From contig CAYPYY010000003.1 of the NCBI GenBank assembly GCA_964414995.1, forward strand, positions 26 through 64,025: DNA of 64,000 nt. The letters run 5' to 3'. This document shows, piece after piece, positions 57,983 to 64,000 of the stretch (within the stretch, counting starts at the first letter, position 1; the number at the start of each line of letters is the position of its first letter). Below the pieces are notes generated by a model. That model saw nothing but the letters and a program-made list of their open reading frames with translations. It was not told where the DNA came from and made no database searches. The stretch comes from an uncultured Gemmatimonas sp. (GTDB lineage: Bacteria; Gemmatimonadota; Gemmatimonadetes; Gemmatimonadales; Gemmatimonadaceae). Position numbers and translations under genes: made by a program.

Positions 57983-58528
57983 TCAGGACTCCGATCGGGG
58001 GGACGCGGCGCGCAGTGCGCCGCGGGCGAGTCGCTTCATCAGGGCCACCTGCCCGGTGTGGTACACGTCGTGCTCCGCGAGCGAGCGGATCATCGCGCGC
58101 TGCGTGATCGCGTGTGCCGGATCCTGCCCGGGCCGTTCACGCACGCGTGCCGCGCGTGCGGCGTCGTCCATCGTGGCCAGCAGCGCGGCCATCGATTCGT
58201 GCGCGGCGTCGAGCTCGGCGAGCGTCCGCCGCCACGCCGTGTCGTCCGCCGGCGACGGCATCGCCGGCCAATCGCCCTCAAGCGGCTCCTCCGGTACCGC
58301 GCCCCGCGCGCGCCGCTCGACCTCGCGTGTCCACGCCCACATATGCAACACCAAATCCCAGATCGAGTGGGCATCGGGGGCCGGACGCCACGCCGCCTCG
58401 GCGGCCGTGATGTCGCGGAGCACGTCGGCACGCGACGGACCGTGCCAGGGCGTGCCGTCGTGCGCGCGGCGTAGCGCATCCAAGAGTCGGTCGCGAGTCG
58501 CCATATGCAACTGATGATACTCGCTCAC
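57983..58528 (-). CDS. DinB/YfiT-like protein
   Basis: WHGP, HSIWDLVLH, EHDVYHTGQ His triad; GTG 58528 overlaps upstream stop (alternative ATG 58504). Confidence 0.85.
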   Translation of the reverse strand: MSEYHQLHMATRDRLLDALRRAHDGTPWHGPSRADVLRDITAAEAAWRPAPDAHSIWDLVLHMWAWTREVERRARGAVPEEPLEGDWPAMPSPADDTAWRRTLAELDAAHESMAALLATMDDAARAARVRERPGQDPAHAITQRAMIRSLAEHDVYHTGQVALMKRLARGALRAASPRSES

Positions 58529-59106
58529 CCGCCCGAGCGCAGTGCGTGCAGGCTGCGCGCGAGATTGCTGCGCGCGCGCTCCTCGAATCGCGCGTGCAGC
58601 GCCGGTGTCGTGTAGATGGCGCTGCGTTCGAGAAAGCGCTCGAGCACGGCGGCGCGCGCGGCGCGAAACGCGGCATCTGGTACGAACGCATATTCGCGAC
58701 GGATGTCGCGTTCGTACTCGTCGAATCGCGCATCGTCGGCCCCGAGGATTGCCAGATCGATGTCGCACACAAGTCGCGCGTCCGTGTCGTGTGGTGCGGC
58801 GAGATGACGCGTCTCGAGAATCAGCGCCTCGATCCGTGCGATGCGCGCGTCATCGACTGATGCGGACTGCAGCATTCGCCGTGCTAGCGCGGCACTCTCG
58901 GCCTCGTTGTCATCGCGCGCCGGGTCGTAGATCGCATCGTGCAGCCAGAGCGCGGCCTCCACGGCATCGGCATCTGTCGCGAGCCCACGATGCTCGTCGA
59001 AGAGTCGGAGGCATTCCGCGAGGTGCCGCTCGTCGTGGTACGCACGGTGCGGCTCACGCCAGCGGAGCCCAAGTTGGACGCGGTCTTTCTCGGTGAGCAA
59101 AGACAT
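58525..59106 (-). CDS. Predicted HD-superfamily phosphohydrolase (COG4339-like)
   Basis: EPHRAYH...HL, WLHDAIYD, NE..SA, T.H, DIDLAILG, IRREY, AR.NL. Confidence 0.85.
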   Translation of the reverse strand: MSLLTEKDRVQLGLRWREPHRAYHDERHLAECLRLFDEHRGLATDADAVEAALWLHDAIYDPARDDNEAESAALARRMLQSASVDDARIARIEALILETRHLAAPHDTDARLVCDIDLAILGADDARFDEYERDIRREYAFVPDAAFRAARAAVLERFLERSAIYTTPALHARFEERARSNLARSLHALRSGG

Positions 59107-59132
59107 CGTTAACACATTGCAGTGTAAGGGTT

Positions 59133-59159
59133 TACGCGAATGATGTTCATCCCGATTCA
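59133..59159 (-). promoter_or_regulatory. Putative ECF-type promoter of HD-DinB-UPF0182-YdeI operon
   Basis: Minus strand TGAATC-N17-CGTA about 27 nt upstream of the ATG. Confidence 0.35.
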
Positions 59160-59218
59160 CCCGTGGGTTGCCTAACCTATTGCCCGCTCGTCATTTGCCC
59201 GACGCCCAACGGTTGCCG

Positions 59219-59247
59219 TTGACGTCTCAAGGCCATATAAATATGAT
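59219..59247 (+). promoter_or_regulatory. Sigma70-type promoter
   Basis: TTGACG-N17-TATGAT in an AT-richer patch. Confidence 0.75.
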
Positions 59248-59318
59248 TGTATGCTGTGCAAGGCACCGAGGGGCTCTCGGTTCCCGCTGCACAACCACCA
59301 CTCGGAGACTGCCCCACC

Positions 59319-59498
59319 ATGAAGCGCATTGCCCTCCTCGCCGCCGTTGTCCTCTTTGCCGCCTGCGCCCCGAAGGGCGAGGAGACCCCGGCCGAGACCG
59401 CCGCTCCCGCCGCGCCGGCCGCGACGGATTCCGCTGCGACCGACTCCACGATGACCGATTCGACCAAGACCGACTCGGCCGCCACGAAGTCGATGTAA
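59319..59498 (+). CDS. Small (59 aa) low-complexity lipoprotein
   Basis: MKRIALLAAVVLFAAC lipobox; upstream GGAG; tail of (TDSxx)4. Confidence 0.8.
   Translation: MKRIALLAAVVLFAACAPKGEETPAETAAPAAPAATDSAATDSTMTDSTKTDSAATKSM
59424..59483 (+). repeat. Four degenerate 15-bp coding repeats (TDSxx)
   Basis: acggattccgctgcg / accgactccacgatg / accgattcgaccaag / accgactcggccgcc. Confidence 0.7.
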
Positions 59499-59590
59499 GC
59501 TCGTCCCTCGGGACGTCACCGACGGCGTGGGCTCTCAGAGCCCGCGCCGTTCGTGTTTCTCCCCCGCTCTCCGCGATACACTACACGGTG

Positions 59591-60193
59591 ATGAAGACCG
59601 TCGTACGCGCCGCAGCTCAATCACTCAAGCTCCAAGCCACGACCCTCGGCACATCCGTGGCTGCCGTCTGGGCCGGCTTTGCCGCGCAAGTCGTCACCGG
59701 CAATGCGATCACCGCACTCGGCATCGTGCCGCGCACGAAGCAGGGACTCTGGGGCATCTTCATCGCGCCGTTCCTGCACGCGAGTCCCGAGCATCTGCTC
59801 GCCAACACCGTGCCGCTCATCGTCCTCGGCTGGCTCGTGATGCTGCGCGACGCCAAGCACTTCTTCCCGGTGACGCTCTTCTCGATGCTGGGCGCGGGTC
59901 TCTGCGCGTGGACGCTCGGCGCCAGCGGCAGCGTCCACATCGGCGCGAGCGGCGTGGTCTTCGGTTACCTCGGCTTCCTGATGCTCGCCGGCTGGTATGC
60001 CGGCTCGCTCGGCGCAATCGCGATGAGTGTCGCGGTCACGGCGCTCTGGGGAAGCGTCGCGCTCGGCGTGCTCCCAGGGCAGCCCGGCATCAGCTGGCAG
60101 GCGCACCTCGGCGGGTTCCTCGGCGGCGTTCTCGCCGCGCGGACGCTTGCCCCGCGTACGACAACGCCGCGCGGAGTGCCCGCGCGGCGCTGA
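59591..60193 (+). CDS. Rhomboid family intramembrane serine protease
   Basis: GIVPR..GL.GI..APFLH, HL.AN, IGASG catalytic Ser, SWQAHLGG catalytic His. Confidence 0.9.
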   Translation: MKTVVRAAAQSLKLQATTLGTSVAAVWAGFAAQVVTGNAITALGIVPRTKQGLWGIFIAPFLHASPEHLLANTVPLIVLGWLVMLRDAKHFFPVTLFSMLGAGLCAWTLGASGSVHIGASGVVFGYLGFLMLAGWYAGSLGAIAMSVAVTALWGSVALGVLPGQPGISWQAHLGGFLGGVLAARTLAPRTTTPRGVPARR

Positions 60194-60230
60194 CCCACGC
60201 CTCGTGGCGTGCGACGACTCGAACGCGAAC

Positions 60231-62651
60231 CTAATCCGCGCGAATCGCCTCGGCCGGATCCACACGCGTCGCGCGCTGCGCCGGAATCAGGCAGGCAAGT
60301 CCACCGCTCGCCAGCAAGGTGATGGCCACGAGCGTGAACACCGCCGGATCCAGCGGCTGCACGTCAAAGAGGATCACGCTGAGCAGCCGCGAGATGGCCG
60401 CCGCCAACGCGAGGCCGATCACCATTCCGACGCCGAGCTGCCAGGCGCCGTTGTTGAAGATCAACCGCACCACGCGTCCGGGGCTCGAGCCCAGCGCCAT
60501 TCGGATGCCAATCTCCTTGGTGCGACGGCTGACCGCGAAGCTCATCACCGCGTAGAGCCCGATGCTCGCGAGGAACAGCGCAACCAGTCCGAAGATCGCG
60601 AACATCGTGCCGAACACGCGCACGAACCACAATTGCGCTGCGATAGCCTCGCGAAGCGTCATCGGCCAATAGATCGGGATGTCGGCGTTGACGGACTTCA
60701 CGAGCTCGCGCACCGGCGCCGTCAGGGCCAGCGGATCGCCCGATGTGCGCAGCGCGACGTACGCGAACTGCGAGCGCGCCTGCGCGAACGGACGCAGCAC
60801 GATGGGCGGACGCGGGTCGTCCGTGTCGCCCGCGAACAGGTCCGGCACAATTCCAACGATCGTCAGCCACGGCTGCGTGCTCTCGAGATTGCCGAGCCGG
60901 ATGCGCTTGCCGAGCGCGTTGCCGTCGGGGAAGTGCTCGCGCACGAAGCGCTCGTTGACGATCGCCACCGGCAGCGCGCCCTCGCGATCGGACGACTCAA
61001 ACGCCCGGCCCTGCCGGAGCGGAATCTCGAGCGTAGTCAGGAAGTTCGGCGTGACCGCTGAGGTGCGCACGCGACGCAGGTCCTCGTTGCGCTCCACGAC
61101 GACGCCGTCGATCACGACGGACGTGCCGCCGAATCCCTGCTCGGCACCGGGAAGCCCCGAGGCGATGGCGGCGCCTTCGATGCCCGGCATCGCCGTGATG
61201 CGCTCGTGCAGTTGATCCCAGAACTGCATCTGCGCCACGGTGTCCGTGTACGCCGAAGGGAATCCCATTCGCGCCGTGAAGACGTTGGCCGTCGCGAATC
61301 CGGTGTCACGCGAGTTCGCCTTCACTACGCTCTTGATCATCAGGCCGGCCGCCACGAGCAGGCCACAGGAGAGCGCGACCTCGAAGATCACCAGCGCCTT
61401 GCTCAGCTTGCCAATGCGCAGGCCCGAGGCACCGCGGGACTCGTCCTTGAGAATCTCCGCGATGTCGGGACGCGACGCCTGATACGCCGGGATGAGTCCA
61501 GCCAGCAGTGTCGAGAGGAACGACACCGCGATGGCGAACACGAGCACCGGCGGGAACAGGTCAATCACGATGAAGAACGGCGGATCGGTATCCACGATGG
61601 CGCGCGTGAACGCGTCCATCCCGACCTTGGCGACCACCACGCCGAGCAACGCCCCGATCGCCGAGAGCACGAAGGCCTCGGCGAGGAAGATGCGCACGAT
61701 CTGGCCGCGCGTCGCGCCCAACGCGGAACGCACACCCACTTCCTTTGTGCGATGCGCGGCGCGGTCGAGCAGCAGGTTCGCCACGTTCGAACAGGCGATC
61801 AACAGCACGAAGAACACGGCACCGAGCATCGTATAGAGCAGCTGCGTCGGCTCCGGGCCGATGAATGCGTCGGTGAAGCCCTGCGTGAAGCCGGTGAAGT
61901 CCTTGTTGGTCTCCGGATATTCCGTTGCCAGGCGCGCGTACACGGTCGAGAGCTCGGCGTTGGCCTGATCGAGCGACACGCCGGGCGCGAGCTTCGCCAC
62001 CGTCTGCACGAAGTTGCCCTCGCCGCGAGGCGTCGAGAACGGATCCACCTGCCACGGGAGCCACAGTTCACCGTTCTCCGGCCAGCGGAAACCCTCGGGC
62101 ATCACGCCCACGATCTCATATGGCTCGCTGTTCACCCGGATTGTCGTGCCGAGCACGCTTGGGCTCAACGCGAACCGGTCGCGCCACATTGCGTAGCCGA
62201 TGATGGCGACCTTAGCGCCGCCCGGCGTGGCCTCGCCCTCGCGGAAGAGACGGCCGAGCGCCGGCTGCACGCCGGGGATCGCCATCGCCGCCTCCGTGAT
62301 CCAGGTGCCCTGATAGCGCTGGGCCTCCTCGAGCCCGGAGACGTTCATCGTGCCGCCGGTGTAAACGCCGATCTGCTCGAACGAGCGCGCCTGCGTCTTC
62401 ACATCGAGGTACTCCTGCGCCGGCAGCGACTGCCGATTGATGTCGGCACGCGGATTCGTGCGCCAGACGGCGACGATGCGGTCGCCACCCTCGAACGGAA
62501 GCCCCTTGAGCAGCGCTCCGTAGACGATGCTGAACATCATCGTCGTGAGTCCGATGCCGAGCATCAGGGCGATCACGGAGACGGCGGTGAGACCGGGACT
62601 CTTCTGCAGCGTGCGCAGTCCGAGTCGGATGTCGCGGAGCCAGGCGTTCAT
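60231..62651 (-). CDS. Duplicated orphan ABC permease (ADOP-like)
   Basis: RDIRLGLRTL.KSPG, LLIACSNVANLLL..A..R.KE.GVR.ALGA, RRTKEIGIRMALG, PAQRATRVDP; no ATPase adjacent. Confidence 0.9.
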   Translation of the reverse strand: MNAWLRDIRLGLRTLQKSPGLTAVSVIALMLGIGLTTMMFSIVYGALLKGLPFEGGDRIVAVWRTNPRADINRQSLPAQEYLDVKTQARSFEQIGVYTGGTMNVSGLEEAQRYQGTWITEAAMAIPGVQPALGRLFREGEATPGGAKVAIIGYAMWRDRFALSPSVLGTTIRVNSEPYEIVGVMPEGFRWPENGELWLPWQVDPFSTPRGEGNFVQTVAKLAPGVSLDQANAELSTVYARLATEYPETNKDFTGFTQGFTDAFIGPEPTQLLYTMLGAVFFVLLIACSNVANLLLDRAAHRTKEVGVRSALGATRGQIVRIFLAEAFVLSAIGALLGVVVAKVGMDAFTRAIVDTDPPFFIVIDLFPPVLVFAIAVSFLSTLLAGLIPAYQASRPDIAEILKDESRGASGLRIGKLSKALVIFEVALSCGLLVAAGLMIKSVVKANSRDTGFATANVFTARMGFPSAYTDTVAQMQFWDQLHERITAMPGIEGAAIASGLPGAEQGFGGTSVVIDGVVVERNEDLRRVRTSAVTPNFLTTLEIPLRQGRAFESSDREGALPVAIVNERFVREHFPDGNALGKRIRLGNLESTQPWLTIVGIVPDLFAGDTDDPRPPIVLRPFAQARSQFAYVALRTSGDPLALTAPVRELVKSVNADIPIYWPMTLREAIAAQLWFVRVFGTMFAIFGLVALFLASIGLYAVMSFAVSRRTKEIGIRMALGSSPGRVVRLIFNNGAWQLGVGMVIGLALAAAISRLLSVILFDVQPLDPAVFTLVAITLLASGGLACLIPAQRATRVDPAEAIRAD

Positions 62652-62679
62652 AGACCGAGTGGTTGGTGTCACCGAGGCC

Positions 62680-62707
62680 TACGGCGCGGGGGGCGAGCGA
62701 GGTTTCA
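62680..62707 (-). promoter_or_regulatory. Putative ECF-type promoter of ADOP permease
   Basis: Minus strand TGAAAC-N18-CGTA about 29 nt upstream of ATG 62651. Confidence 0.45.
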
Positions 62708-62723
62708 GGAGCCGGCGACCGCA

Positions 62724-62749
62724 CCAACGAAGGGCCCCCCGGGGACGTA
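62724..62749 (+). promoter_or_regulatory. Putative ECF-type promoter of M14-like gene
   Basis: CCAACG-N15-ACGTA, same core and spacing as the motif at 39313-39338. Confidence 0.55.
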
Positions 62750-62778
62750 CCATTGATTGTCCCTTTTCCCTCGAGACG

Positions 62779-64000
62779 ATGCCTCTCTCTCGTTCCCTCG
62801 GGCTTGCCGCGGCACTCGCCGCGCTGGCCCTCCCGTCAGGGGCCCAGACCCGCCCCACCGACGGCTACCACACCGCAGCCCGGCTGACTGCGGTCCTCGA
62901 CTCGATCGCCCGCGCCAAGCCCGGGCTCGTGAGGGTCACCACCCTCGCCACCTCGCCCGGCCGGCGCCCCGTGCACCTCGTGCGGCTCGGCGGCGCCGAG
63001 GACAGGCCCGCGTTGCTCGTGCTGGCAGGTGCCTACGGCCCGCAGCTCAGCTCTAGCGAGGTGGCGCTGCGCATCGTGCGCAGTCTCGCCCAGCGCCACG
63101 GATCCGACGAGCGCGTCACACAGCTCCTCGCGTCGAACACGATCTATGTCGTGCCGCGGCTCAACCCCGATGCCTCCGAGTCGTTCTTCGCCGCCGTGCG
63201 CGCGGAGCGTGCCGGCAACGACGCGCGCTTTGACGACGACCGTGATATGGCCGACGACGAGGACGGGCCGGACGACCTGAATCGCGACGGGATGATCACG
63301 ATGATGCGCGTGAAGGCCCCTGGCGGCGAGTGGATCGCCGACGCGGTGGATCCAGCGCTGATGCGCCGCGCCGATGCCGCCAAGGGCGAGCGGGGCGTGT
63401 ACCGCCTACTCACCGAGGGACGCGACGACGACAACGACGAGTCGTTCAACGAGGACGGCGTCGGCGGCACGGACATCTCGCGCAACTTCGCCAACAACTT
63501 CCGCTTCTTCGGCGAGAACAGCGGTCTGCATCCCTTCTCCGCCGACGAGTCGCGGGCGGTCGCCGAGTTCGTCTCGACGCACGACAACATCGCGGCCGTG
63601 TACGTGCTGGGAATGCAGGACAACCTGCTGAAGCCCTGGGAAGGGCGCCGCGTCCCGGGCATCTCGAACAACCCGCAGGGCACGTCCGCCGGCGGACCGT
63701 TCAGCGCACCGCTTCCCGAGGACAACGGCTGGTTCACCGAAGTCGCGCGGCGCTTCCGCACCACGACAGGGCTGACGGAGGGCCCGGCTTCGGCTGCCGA
63801 GGTGGGTGATCCGCTCTCGTGGGCGTACTTCCATATGGGTCGCTTCGCTTTTGGCTCGCGCGTGTGGTGGCCCGGCAAGGCGCCGGCCGATACGGCCGCA
63901 GGCCGTCGCGCCCCCAACCCCGATCCGCTCGCCAGCGAACGCAACGACTACCGCTGGATGCGCGCCAATCGCCCGGACGCCCTCGTCGCGTGGACGCCCG
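62779..64000 (+). CDS. Secreted M14 carboxypeptidase homologue lacking Zn ligands, 3'-truncated; absent from ORF track
   Basis: Open frame to window end: signal peptide MPLSRSLGLAAALAALALPSGAQ, RPALLVLAGAYGPQ, YVVPRLNPDA, Asp-rich inserts, DISRNF. Confidence 0.82.
   Translation, partial: MPLSRSLGLAAALAALALPSGAQTRPTDGYHTAARLTAVLDSIARAKPGLVRVTTLATSPGRRPVHLVRLGGAEDRPALLVLAGAYGPQLSSSEVALRIVRSLAQRHGSDERVTQLLASNTIYVVPRLNPDASESFFAAVRAERAGNDARFDDDRDMADDEDGPDDLNRDGMITMMRVKAPGGEWIADAVDPALMRRADAAKGERGVYRLLTEGRDDDNDESFNEDGVGGTDISRNFANNFRFFGENSGLHPFSADESRAVAEFVSTHDNIAAVYVLGMQDNLLKPWEGRRVPGISNNPQGTSAGGPFSAPLPEDNGWFTEVARRFRTTTGLTEGPASAAEVGDPLSWAYFHMGRFAFGSRVWWPGKAPADTAAGRRAPNPDPLASERNDYRWMRANRPDALVAWTP

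Overview
A gene-dense, GC-rich (roughly 69-70% by eye) bacterial chromosomal segment. Gene content suggests Gemmatimonadota (inference from the secreted M14/M61/BNR proteins, ADOP-type permease and fused ccoNO). It contains about 54 CDS: the 3' part of metH, a REC-EAL phosphodiesterase, an acyl-CoA dehydrogenase, an SSS symporter, many peptidases and amidohydrolases, a PolX-PHP/nth cluster, a P1B-5-type ATPase, a cbb3 oxidase operon (ccoNO-Q-P-G-H-TauE-I-S), an ECF sigma/anti-sigma/TolC-MacA-MacB operon without an ATPase, kup, an HD-DinB-UPF0182-YdeI operon, a rhomboid, an orphan duplicated ABC permease and a truncated, catalytically degenerate M14 homologue. I recognised no rRNA, tRNA, CRISPR or mobile element. 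The most notable signals: (1) near-total absence of CATG (one site found by manual scan, on the start codon of a small lipoprotein gene with a near-consensus promoter and structured leader); (2) an ECF-type promoter motif CCAACG-N15-ACGTA repeated exactly before the ECF operon and the degenerate M14 gene, with related motifs before the ADOP permease and the HD-DinB-UPF0182 operon; (3) a non-canonical PolX; (4) an orphan, signal-less, Cys-rich BtuF-like protein. All calls come from reading the sequence and motif recall; no database searches were run.
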